A stretch of 64,000 nt of DNA from Mizuhopecten yessoensis (taxonomy: Eukaryota), in contig NW_018404995.1 in the NCBI RefSeq assembly GCF_002113885.1, positions 198,835 to 262,834 of the forward strand, written 5' to 3'. This document shows positions 48,401 through 60,083 of this stretch, in pieces; the first letter of the stretch is position 1; each line of letters begins with the position of its first letter. Below the pieces are notes generated by a model, which did no database searches, was not told where the DNA came from, and worked only from the letters and a program-made list of their open reading frames with translations. The position numbers and the translations under genes were made by a program.

Positions 48401-51256
48401 TCTAGCACAGTAGTGCACTGGGTGAAATACCCAGGTCTAACACAGGAGTGCACTGGGTGAAATACCCAGGTCTAACACAGGAGTGCACTGGTCAAAATAC
48501 CATGGTCTAACACAGGAGTGCACTGGTCGAAATATCCAGGTCTAGCACAGGAGTGCACTGGTCGAAATACCCAGGTCTANNNNNNNNNNNNNNNNNNNNN
48601 NNNNNNNNNNNNNNNNNNNNNNNNNNNNNNNNNNNNNNNNNNNNNNNNNNNNNNNNNNNNNNNNNNNNNNNNNNNNNNNNNNNNNNNNNNNNNNNNNNNN
48701 NNNNNNNNNNNNNNNNNNNNNNNNNNNNNNNNNNNNNNNNNNNNNNNNNNNNNNNNNNNNNNNNNNNNNNNNNNNNNNNNNNNNNNNNNNNNNNNNNNNN
48801 NNNNNNNNNNNNNNNNNNNNNNNNNNNNNNNNNNNNNNNNNNNNNNNNNNNNNNNNNNNNNNNNNNNNNNNNNNNNNNNNNNNNNNNNNNNNNNNNNNNN
48901 NNNNNNNNNNNNNNNNNNNNNNNNNNNNNNNNNNNNNNNNNNNNNNNNNNNNNNNNNNNNNNNNNNNNNNNNNNNNNNNNNNNNNNNNNNNNNNNNNNNN
49001 NNNNNNNNNNNNNNNNNNNNNNNNNNNNNNNNNNNNNNNNNNNNNNNNNNNNNNNNNNNNNNNNNNNNNNNNNNNNNNNNNNNNNNNNNNNNNNNNNNNN
49101 NNNNNNNNNNNNNNNNNNNNNNNNNNNNNNNNNNNNNNNNNNNNNNNNNNNNNNNNNNNNNNNNNNNNNNNNNNNNNNNNNNNNNNNNNNNNNNNNNNNN
49201 NNNNNNNNNNNNNNNNNNNNNNNNNNNNNNNNNNNNNNNNNNNNNNNNNNNNNNNNNNNNNNNNNNNNNNNNNNNNNNNNNNNNNNNNNNNNNNNNNNNN
49301 NNNNNNNNNNNNNNNNNNNNNNNNNNNNNNNNNNNNNNNNNNNNNNNNNNNNNNNNNNNNNNNNNNNNNNNNNNNNNNNNNNNNNNNNNNNNNNNNNNNN
49401 NNNNNCTCCTTGTTTAGTGTAGGTTTCACTCTCCTTGTTTAGTGTAGGTTTTAACTCTCCTTGTTTAGTGTAGGTTTCACTCTCCTTGTTTAGTGTAGGT
49501 TTAAAGTGTGGTACAGTTTCATAAAAAAATGGACAAAGTCAAAGCGATAAAAATTTGTTCAGCACAACAACGTACTGTAGATAATATCTGTGATTTGTGT
49601 TAGAATCGTCTCACACAGGAATATTTTATTCTAATTAGAATTATCTAATATTTCTGGGCCTGTATTCATGAAACCATTCTCATGCTCAAGCATGAATTCT
49701 GTACTCAAACCAGCTTTCTTGAGACTCGCTTCAATCAAGTGATATGGAACAAAAAGAACATTGTAATCATTTTAGCCAGCATTTTGCTTTGATCACCACA
49801 CTTCTTTCCAATTGTTGACTAAACATGTTTTGTTTTTATTTATTCATGTATCACTGCAATAAAAAGTTGAGCTTGAGCACAGAATCAAAGTTTGAGCACA
49901 AGAATGGTTTCATAAATATAATACTGCTCGCAATTAAATCCTGAGCATTATCAATGTCACCTAAGTGGTCTTTACAGCATTGTTATGTTTTCCTGTATAC
50001 AATATATTTAGTCAGTGATAATTACTTCTATACCTAAGCCTAGCTAGCCGATACATGTAAACCGTAAATAAATCACGGAATCTAGATGTAAATGCTCCAT
50101 CTTATATACATTTTGTATTTACCTACCGCGATGGAACTCCGTTAGGTATCCATCTCTGATTCCTATTACCACAAACTTTCGACCATCAGCAACCAAGATG
50201 TTGGTTCTCCTCCACTCTGATAAGAGTCCTAGTTTTTCTATATCTAATGTTACAGATGCAGCATCAAAACACGCGTTCCATGCATTCCATGACAGTCTGA
50301 AGGCTGAGGTGGCTCACAGGGACATAGATGTGTGTGTGGTGTGTCCCAGCTATATCCAAACCAACCTGTCCAAGAACGCCGTTACTGGGGACGGGTCGCC
50401 ATATGGTGGTAAGGTTGATTTTACTGATTATTTATGCATGCATAAACAAGAAAAAGAAATGGATAAATATTGCAGAAAGTTTACTCTTGCCGACTACATA
50501 TGTCTATGTGGACGACACTTGTAGGAAATTACTCTTCATAGCTATGTGAACACTTGTAGGAAGTTACTCTTCATATCTATGTGGACACTTGTAGGAAGTT
50601 ACTCTTCATATCTATGTGGACACTTGTAGAATTGTTTTATCACATTTAATTCAGTGTAAAAAAGAGAAAGTCACCATAAAAAACTTGTATCGTCGAGTCT
50701 TCAATGTTCATGAACTTCTTCTCGATGCCTTGGTGAACAATTTGTTGAAGTTAGATAGCATTCTGATCAATATTTGAAAGAAAATTGTTTCAATAAATTT
50801 CCGTCTTCACCTTCAACCTCTGAATCATCTTGCAAGTGATGTCAGCTGTAACAAGTTTGGTGATGTTCTATGACTACACAGACATGGTGCAATCCAATTC
50901 ACTTGTAGGGAACCAGGTATAAATTTCCTTGTCATTGCAAACTTTGTTTCTTTCGTGCGAAGTATAAGTTTCCTTCTCATTGCAAACTTTGTTTCTTTCT
51001 TGATGTAGTTGATAACCTACTCAAATTGATGATTTTCATTTTAGTTGAGGAAAAAGACATAACGAATGGGATGAAGCCAGAGTATGTAGCCCGCCAGATC
51101 CTGTTGTCCGTGATAGAGAGACGAGATGAAGTTGTGTTGGGGCCTTTACACCATAGACTGGCTATTGTGTTAAGAACATTATCTCCTTACATCTATTTTT
51201 TCATAATGAAACATCGTGCCAACTCCAGCAGGAAACAATATCTGAAAAATAATTGA
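42479..51256 (+). CDS. DHRS7B: Dehydrogenase/reductase SDR family member 7B. Coding exons 42479-42623, 44073-44176, 44412-44631, 47468-47560, 50256-50408, 51045-51256
   Basis: N-terminal TM segment, [38 protein letters not shown]|YAASKHA (YxxxK) and [24 protein letters not shown] introns are phase-consistent, and the gene lies between USP22 and TMEM11. Confidence 0.93.
42801..43506 (+). mobile_element. HINE/DINE-1-like element
   Basis: 5' 'ttatcccccgcttt..aaatgggga' hairpin, (GTCT)n microsatellite, internal repeats, and a 3' subTIR 'aagtgggggatata' followed by a short stem-loop and TT. Confidence 0.7.
44620..46745 (+). repeat. 20-bp minisatellite (40-bp dimer in the core, ~45080-45905) derived from the DHRS7B donor junction at 44631
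   Basis: The real junction gtcaccaaag|gtcagtaaa resembles the units gacaccagag|gtcagtcaat and gataccagag|gttagttagt. Confidence 0.85.
47030..47335 (+). mobile_element. Degenerate tRNA-derived SINE (Meta/Deu-domain type)
   Basis: Degenerate B-box 'gggttccgtct', core 'ttaaaatggtagttg...ttcagtgaggtagcact' and tail 'taataaaaccaaacc'. Confidence 0.45.
47998..48579. repeat. 35-bp minisatellite, at least 16 copies, running into the assembly gap
   Basis: Unit gtcaaaatacccaggtctagcacaggagtgcactg. Confidence 0.92.
48580..49405. other. Assembly gap (826 N), followed by a 25-bp repeat at 49406-49502
   Basis: Run of N with different tandem repeats on each side. Confidence 1.
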
Positions 51257-51390
51257 TCTCATATTTTTTATGGTTTTCGCCTATATATAATGCATTTGTG
51301 AAATAAACATGCAATACATAAATTGGAGCTACTTCTGTACATACAAAATCTGTTTGTGTCTCCTATCAAGAAATTAAATAAGCCAAGGTC

Positions 51391-53097
51391 ATTATACGTT
51401 GCGAGGGGTATACTGGAATCAGCTTGTCTGTCCTTCTGTAGAAAAAGGTTGTCCTGACAACTCCTTCGAAAGTAATGGACCAAATTTAATGAAACTTTCC
51501 AGATATTATAACTACCACCTGAAGTTGTGCAGCCAGGCATTATATTTTCATTGACCCTTTTTTGCAAAGTTATGGCCCTTTGTTGAAAAAATCCTGTTAC
51601 TTTTTGTCCGGACAACTCCTTCTAAAGTTATGGATTAATTTCAACGAAAGTTTCCAGACATGATAACTACCACCTGATATTGTGCATCCAGGTATTATTT
51701 TTTTCATTCTGACCCTTTTTACGAAGGTATTGACCTTTGTTGAAAAATGCTTGCCCACACAACTACTCCAAAACTTTGATGGCCGACAAAACACATTTGA
51801 TATTAACTGTGTTTTGTACCTTAAGAATCTATGTAATTGAGTACACAACACATTTAGTTAGTACAATTAAACGCATTTCGTCATGACATATATTTATGTA
51901 CAAATAATTAGGTACAAAACACATTCGGTTAGTACGAATAAGAAATAGGCTTATTGATCTGACTAATGGGCTCAGATCAGCTCAGGCATAAATTTGAGAC
52001 CAGACCAAACAGACCATGTTTAATAGTGGAGACTGATATCCCTGTCCACTTTTGACATTAATTACTTTATTCATACCCCAATGACAGACATACCAGCTCG
52101 TCTTTTCAGCTGCACATTCACTTTAATTCGTTATCATGGTGCATATGATTAATTGCACACCCGAGAACAGGGGAGTTTATTACAAGTTCAGGAGAATGGA
52201 ACACCTTACTTGTTTTGTGCATGATTATTTGTACATAATTATTTGTCATGATGAAACATGTTTAATCTAACTTACCAAATGTATTTTGGACATAATTATT
52301 CGTACATTATTATTTGTCATGGCGAAACGTGTTTAGTCGAACTAACTAAATGTGTTTTGTACTCAATAACAATGATATCCAAGACTATGCGGCCTATTTC
52401 AGTGGAAGTTTTCAGATATGATAACTACTCCCTGATGTTGTGCATCCAGGTATATTTTTTCCAACCCTTTTTTATGGAGTTATGGCCCTTTCTTGAAAAA
52501 CCCTTGTCCTGACAACTTTTCCTAATCTACTGGGCCAATTTCAAAGAACATTTACAGATGTGATATCTGCCCCTTGAAGTTGTGCATCCAAGTAGTAATT
52601 TTTCATTCCGACCCTTTTAAAAGGAGTTATGGCCGTTGTTGAAAAAACCTTGGTCTATCTCCTAAACTACTGGGGGGATTTCAATGACAGTTTACAGATA
52701 TGGTAATTACCCCCTGATTTCATGCATCAAGGTAGTATGTTTTCATTTCAACCCTTTTTAAGGAGTTATGGCCCTTTGTCAAAATTCTTTATCCTGACAT
52801 CTCTTCCTTAACTACGGTACTAGTGCTAGGACGATTTCAGCAAAACTCGTTTATCTGGGTTTACAAGATTTGGTTTTGCATGTATGTTTTGGCATTGGGA
52901 GGGAGTACAGGAAGTATGTCACTGACCTATATACTTAAATACGGTAAGTGTACAGCTCAGTCAATAAAGAAATCATTACTAGTAGGAGACTATGGATTGC
53001 TTTGCAATACTTTGCCTTAGTAAGCCTTTAGCTTACAATTCTGCTTTATAAATGAGTGGGGGGTATTATTTAGCCTTTGGCTTGCAGTTCTAGTTTA
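51391..53097 (+). mobile_element. HINE-like element with internal repeats between DHRS7B and TMEM11
   Basis: 5' 'ttatac..gaggggtata..gtctgtcc', repeated 'gttatggcccttt...aaaa...ttgtcctgacaact' and 3' 'gagtgggggtatt...ctagtt'. Confidence 0.55.
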
Positions 53098-53843
53098 ATC
53101 AGAGATAAAATGTCATATACCCAAAATTTAAACGACAAGACAAATAAAAGGTGATCCTGTCACCTCAGTATCTTAAAAGAGAGTGAAGAAATTTTGAAGG
53201 GACTTGAAAGGGACGCTAACTTGAAACCACCTGATAAGACTGACCAATGGGAGCCATAAGCAGATGAGAGAAGTGACCCCCACGGACTGGTCAAGCTCGG
53301 GCCAGTGAGCAGAAATTCTGGGTCTGAACAGATTTCACTCGCGTGTTACACCACCCTACAATTTGTAAACATAAAATTGAAAATATATAAGGAGTTGTAA
53401 TTAACCATTTTGGAACAAAATATGCACATTATAAAAGAATGAAACCTGATATAAAGTGAACAACTCTCACTTTATTTGGGTATTCAGTTGCATAAAATTA
53501 TAGTATTTATAATGCAACTGATCATTGATCGTTTTACTACTTCCGATTACAAACCGTTTATCGATTATGATTTTAAATTGATTGCCCATCACTAATCTAC
53601 ATACACTAACAAGTACTGGATAATGTGCAAATACCCAAAATAAGTAAATTGTCATTGTTTTTGTAACAATATGCATGATAAATATACTTATAAATTTACC
53701 CAGGTAGATTCATTTGTGATTTTATTTAAATGTAATACACTCTAACATACAAATTAAGATATTAATGATACAAAGCACTTTATCTGACTGGATTTGAAAG
53801 TCTTTTAAAAAGGTTTTAACTACACGTTCTGAGTATCGAATGA

Positions 53844-54992
53844 TCACTCGATGAACAATTTGTAGATTTTCCATGCACAAAGTCCTGTTGCTGCCAATGC
53901 TACAAAATTATGTAGAACCTTGCGTCGGTAGTCATCACGGAAAATCAGCACTACTGGTGTACTGGAGGCAATATTGTGCAGAGGAAGTTTCTCAAGTCTG
54001 TGCACATTGTGTTCCACTTGGTATTTACAGAAAGGATCAAACTGCCAAGAAACAGCATACACTCCAGCAAAGGTAACACTGGCCAGTCCAAGTGGTAAAT
54101 AAATATAGCTGTGGCTTGGATAGAAATACATGCAGCCCATAGAGATGACCCCAGACACAACTGTTGTTTTATGCAGACAGTTTCCAACTCTTATCCATCG
54201 TGCTGTCACATCACCAAGTTTACAGGTCTCAATAATAATTGTCTTTGTTTCAGCTTCTGAAGCTCTCTCCAGTTCAAGCTCACAGTCTCTTATACCACCA
54301 CCTCCTTCTTCATCTGGCTCCCTTATAATTACAGTGCTAGGTCGTCCATTGCTACCCTTCTCTCTATAACAGAAGAAAATGGTTCATTTCATGTAAATAT
54401 CTACAAATATATCAGTTGTTCTAGTAATACCCATTTTATGGTTAATATCTCCACCATTAGTGATGATTATGATCCTGGGTAACTAATACTGACCTTTAAA
54501 TTCCGTTAAATTTAGATTAAAAATTCGGCTCTTTTATCATAACAAGATCTTGGTGTTCACAAAACTTGTATAGTTTATTAATTTGAATCAGCTTGTGTAT
54601 TAGTCTAGTTACATCGTGTGCTTGATGGGGAGGGGATGGTTTCGTTCAGATTAGGTCATAAGGCCTGGCGACCTGCAGATAAATGGAATGAGTTAAGGAA
54701 ATTATTGGAAGTAACTAAAACTGAGTTTATAAGTGAATGGATATATCCTAAAAGCTTAAATGTACCGATCAAAATCAACGCATGTTTCCAGCAATTTGAA
54801 TTTGGCGGCATGTGTTTTCGACCATCTAAGCATCTTGTTTCTTTAAGAGGATGACAAACAGTATATACGACACTAAATTTCGCATCAATAGCTTCGAATT
54901 TCGATACTGTTTTAAAAGCCCAATGATACTGCAAAAATACAAAATAAGGATAGAATCTGTCCTTCAATAACAAACCTGCAAGTGTCTGCCAT
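53844..54992 (-). CDS. TMEM11: Transmembrane protein 11, mitochondrial. Exons 54976-54992 and 53844-54363
   Basis: MADTCR|EKGS...ELELERASEAE.KTIIIE..KLGDVTARWIRVGNCLHKT...YAVSWQFDPFCKYQVE...LPLH...SSTPVVL..DD..RK.LHN, joined by a phase-2 GT-AG intron. Confidence 0.95.
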
Positions 54993-56589
54993 TTTCGGAA
55001 AGAGGTATCCTAAGGGGAGTAACTCTTCTTTCCTAACCAAATTAGCCATCCATAGTAGGCAGGTGACAAATAAAACTCGCCGGTTCCTACCAGATACAAC
55101 TAAAATGCACAAGACCAGAGATGTAGAAAACCGCAATATATAGAACAAAAAGCACAAACTATTCTATATAATTTTACTCCGACATGGACTTATCTAAGCA
55201 AAAACCTGATGAATGTGGTTTATTCTGTCGCTCGGGGTAATGTAAACCCATCCACTGTACCTGTTATCCATTCAATCAATCCACATCTATCTAATCGTAA
55301 AATCAGTCCTCACTTTTACAATCAATAAATCAACCCACTGTTATCAAAGCAATAAAGCCATACTATGAAAGGCCGTTCATGTCAAAGACGAGATAAACTA
55401 ACGCGTTAAACAAGGATTTTAAACAAGGATTTAACGCGTTAAAAATAGTTGTAACGCGCGATACAAGTGTATATTTAACATGATAGCATTTAACGCGTTA
55501 CAACTATCTTTAACGCGTTAAATACATGTTTATCATCGCGTCAAAAAATATTTTATCGCGTTAAATGCTTACGCGTTAGACTTAACAACCAATCAGATGC
55601 GTCCTAATTACATATCAGTATTGTGAAACCAAAATGCAGTTATAACTATATGTTTTCGCATCGTACTGTTTCATTGGATTTTTTTATTTCATTTTTTTTA
55701 TTATTTCAATTGAGTTTATGAGCAATGTTTAAGAAGTAGACAGATGCTATATGTTCAAAATGCATAAAACTATTTAAATTTTGATTGAGAATATGTACCA
55801 TTATTTTTTATTGCAAAATAATAATTGCTGTGTCATTTTTATCAAAGTATTCCATTTCGAGTACAGTTCTATTTTGGGTACCCTCACCCTACACCCTTGT
55901 GATGAAAGAAGATCACCTTCTTATAATTATCCAGGGAAACAGTACGAAGCGAAAACATCAATTTTCGATCATATTTCTAAACATGGAAACCATATGATGA
56001 AATGAATTTTTAGGTAATAAATGAGTAAAATTTGTAAGAAATTGTCAAAACTTGTTTAATGAAGTGAAGAAAATTATTAAAATGCTGTCAAGTCATTTTC
56101 ATAAACTGACTTACTGATAGTATATGATGAAATCTTCCATTTTGGGTACTCGACCAGCCAAAAAATTATAAGTGAACCTGACGCACTTTAATGAGCTCTA
56201 TAAATAGACACACATGCTGTTGATACCCAAGAAATACATAAGAGGAAGGCTTAAGACATGTATTGTTTCATTACAGTAAAAAAAAATCAGTCTTTCAGAA
56301 AGTTAATATTTTTCTTTAAAATGTGTTCCATTTTGGGTAGCCTCAACCTAGTACTCTGAAGGTGAATATACACATGAAGTTCGATAACCATGATAAATGG
56401 AGCTAAACGCAAAGTGTACCCAAGGTACGCGACAGGTAGGGTTAACACTATCTACCTCTGCCCATTTTGTGGAGGGTGCATACATGATTGAGCAGTTAGA
56501 AACCTGGTTTGAGTGGTCAATTCCGGCGCCATCCACCTCTTACGTAAACCAGCTGCTAAGTGCTGTCGGAGTTATCATATATAATATAA

Positions 56590-56815
56590 ACTTTATTTAT
56601 TTAACAACAGTTATGAAACAAGTTATTTCAACTTATATTAATCACTCTTGTTGGCCCAGATGTTAGCGCGTGGGGGTATTAGTGTGGGAGGAAACCGGAG
56701 TACCCGGAGAAAACCCACGTAGTTAGGCAGGTGACACCAACCTTTTCACGTCCGATCGGGGAATCGAACCCCGGCCGCCTTGGTGAAAGGCAAGTGCGCT
56801 ATCCATTGCATCTCC
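56590..56815 (-). mobile_element. V-domain SINE with a tRNA-derived head
   Basis: On the minus strand: B-box GGTTCGATTCCC, V-domain GTGGGTTTTCTCCGGGTACTCCGGTTTCCTCCC and an (AAAT)n tail. Confidence 0.8.
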
Positions 56816-57974
56816 ATTTACGGAGTTATTACGTGCACCATATCTGAATCGCGACAAGAAGACAGTAGTTCCTGCTCCGTGGACTTTACAGCCGCTACTA
56901 TGTTCTCAAATTGGTCATCGGTCAGAAATTCTGCCCTCCCTAGTGCCACATCTCTCCTCAAGTTTTGTAGTCTAAACAATTACATTGATGTGAATAATAT
57001 GACCTATCAACAACATATGATCTATCACATTAAGTTTCAGAACTAGTTGAATTTTTGAAGCTATTGAATTCCCAGCTGTCTTCGCCTGTTTCCGCAACTA
57101 AATTTAATGGGTCCTAGGTTTCTGAGAAAATTGAAATTTCGTCAAAATCATCTTGGCACAATTACCTACAACTATCTAATGTATATGTGCAGGGATGCGT
57201 TTTTTTGGAGAAAATAAGTATGTTCAGTCGCCTGATGTGTCTGTGACTCTGAACTTAACCACGTGACCTTACAACTTTGCCGAAATGTTATTTTCTACAA
57301 TTTTATAAATGTAGAAGCGTATACAAAAGGTGTACCGTAAATGAGAAATTGGGCATTTTTGTCGTCTGAAGTGTCGGCGACATTTAACTTCAACTATGAC
57401 TTCGAAACTTTACCAAAACATTTTTCGTATATACAGAAATTGTACCTTTTTGGGGAAAATTTGCATTTTTAGTCTTCCAAAGTGTCGGTGTAAGTGTATA
57501 TAAAAAGTGTACTGTTTTTTAGGAACTTTGCAATTTCAGTCTCCCCAAGTGTCCACGACCTTGACCTTTGACCCTGTGACATGAAAACTTTGCGGAAATA
57601 TTCCTTGCGTTACTTTATACAAAAAGTGTACCATTTTTATGAAAATTCGCAAATCCAGATTCTTGCCATGTTTTATGTTTCATTTGTATCTAGTGACCGT
57701 GAGCTTCTACCTCATGACGTTGAACAATATGTACCAATTACATTGTCTACAATTTACTGCTAGTTATTTGTTAACAAAACGTTAACCGTTTTTTCAGTTA
57801 ACAAACTAGTTATATAGAATATTAACCAATGTCATCTGCTTATAAATCTACGTTAAATACAGATAAATTTTATATCATATGAAAAGAGCAAAACTCACGC
57901 TTTTTATGGTATATATTGTTTGTCAATATATACTCCAATAAGTGAATGTACATGCACCAATTCATATAGGGCCA

Positions 57975-58426
57975 GCGGAATCCAGGTAAAGCGAAGCTCA
58001 CATAGTTTAAATATGGAGCAAGACAGGTACAGAAATCAACCAAGAGAACAACGACTTTGTACATTCTGTAACGTTAATGATGTTGAAGATGAATTCCATT
58101 TTATACTTAAATGCAAATTTTATGATGATTTTAGGCATGAATATATTAAACCTTATTTTTACAAACGACCAAGTGTTTTAAGTTAATAGAACTGTTCAAT
58201 ACCAAAATCGTTAAAGATCTGAATAAACTAGGCAAATTTTTGCATTTAAGTACAAAACGACGAAATAATACTGTTTAACTAAATATAATATTGCATGTTC
58301 TGTATGTTATACCCACATACATGTATATTGTGTTTTAGTAATCTATGTTATGCATTGTACATATGTATGTCTACTCTCCGATGTGTTGTAAACATAAGGA
58401 AATAAAGAATCTGAATCTGTATCTGA
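57975..58426 (+). mobile_element. 3' end of a CR1/L2-group LINE
   Basis: C-terminal motif R.C..C..NDVEDEFHFILKC..Y..R, then AATAAA and a (GAATCT)n tail at ~58401-58426. Confidence 0.8.
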
Positions 58427-60083
58427 CTAAGATTTTATTAATTATCGTCTTCGCATTAATTTTTTGTTAAAGTCTATTGCATCCTGTACATGTGTTCATG
58501 CTTACTATTGTGAATGAATATGTTCTTGTGAATGTGTGTTATTTTGCTGCTACAAAATTCATGTAAATGCCCTCAATATTTGAGAGCAAATATGTGTTTA
58601 TTATGTCATTGTCATGTTTTAAGTGTGTGTAAAGCACAAAGGCATTGTTGCCTATTGCGAATTAAATAAAGGTATAACAAAATGTTTCCCCGTTCATGTG
58701 ACAAATAATCCAAAAGTCATAACTAAGAAAAACCATGTATTTGAATGTTAATCATTGTTACACACACACATTTGGAACTGTTCGTATCAGTACGACTTGT
58801 GAAACATAAACATACAATATGTTACATTTAAACACATACATTACTTTCAAATTAGTGAAATGTTTGAAGAAGGCGAAACTGCCTGCACCTTTGAGCAAAA
58901 ACACGGAAGGCCTGATGACGTCACGAATGTTGCTGCGTGACGTCATTCAGGCGGGTTTACAACAATGTTTATTTATAGACATTTCAGTTAAATGTTCTTC
59001 TGTACTGACTGGTGTTATTCGGCATTTTGATAGATGTATATTTAGTCAAATTATTAACTGAAATCTTTACTAATGTAACTTATTTGCCTGCATAAACGTT
59101 AGGCCTAAGTAATGATTATGGTAATGGTTATGGTTCGTTGCCAAAATAATCCTTCATCCACGATAAGATTATTAGTACAATATTCTATAAAACACGATAA
59201 CAGTAATCCACTGTTGATAGGATTTTCTGAAGAAAAAAACCCAGGTCCTGGCGTCGTCAGCCATGATTAGGTACTGTATGTAACTGCACATTTGATTGGT
59301 CCATTCATTTATGACACTTAAACGCGTTAAAAAAATAAGTACAACATTCAACGCGTTAAACTTGGGAAGCATTTTAAATGATGTTTTAACGCGTTAAATG
59401 CTAACGCGTTAGTTTACCTCGTTTTTGACATGAACGGCCTTTCATACCATCCACTCTTTTGCGATAAATACACCAATCCAAAAATATCTGATCGATAAAT
59501 CAATCCACAACAAGTAAATCAATCGCTACGTACTTCCAATCATTTTAGCAATGTGAGAAGTATCACATGCATACGAAAACCTTATTCTAGTTTGTTATGC
59601 ATATTGAATGGGTAATCCTTGAAACCAATACATTTCAACTAAAAAGTACTTCTAAGTCATTTAAAAAAACATATAATAGAAAATGGGACAATTTTCCCAG
59701 TTGCCTTTTCCTGTATAACACGTGAAAATATTTAATAATTTTAGCGTTTTCCTGTATAACATGTGAAAATATTTAATTATTTTAGCCTATCTCCATCATA
59801 TGTAAGTAATAACTTGGAACCATTTACCATCAATATTAACTTACTTCTAATTAGTTTATTCCAAAACCTTACGGACACTGTCAAAAATGTTTCCCCCAAC
59901 ATCATGAAAACAGAATATTTTCAACTTTAAAATTCCTTTAGAGTTAAAATAAAGTACAAAGTGAAAATTTGTGATTAGTAATTGAGTGAAATGTCTAAAT
60001 CTAGATTGATTTTCAAGTATAATGTCAAAGTGATCTGCACATTTGTACAGGATAGCATACTATATAATATATATATATATATT

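Larger units (their letters stand above)
55364..59446. mobile_element. 4.08-kb non-autonomous DNA transposon with ~45-bp TIRs and an imperfect 6-bp TSD (IS3EU-like), carrying nested insertions
   Basis: TATGAAAGGCCGTTCATGTCAAAGACGAGATAAACTAACGCGTTA matches the inverted right end with 2 mismatches. Flanks are ccatac and ccatcc. Confidence 0.8.

Noticed and set aside
47998-48579. 35-bp array as another junction-derived array
   Set aside because: It is not contiguous with, or similar to, a DHRS7B exon edge. The exons on either side join in frame, so no exon is missing in the gap.
48518-49429. ~290-aa ORFs
   Set aside because: Artefacts of the N gap.
56750-56815. tRNA gene
   Set aside because: It is the tRNA-derived head of a V-SINE, continuous with the V domain and tail.
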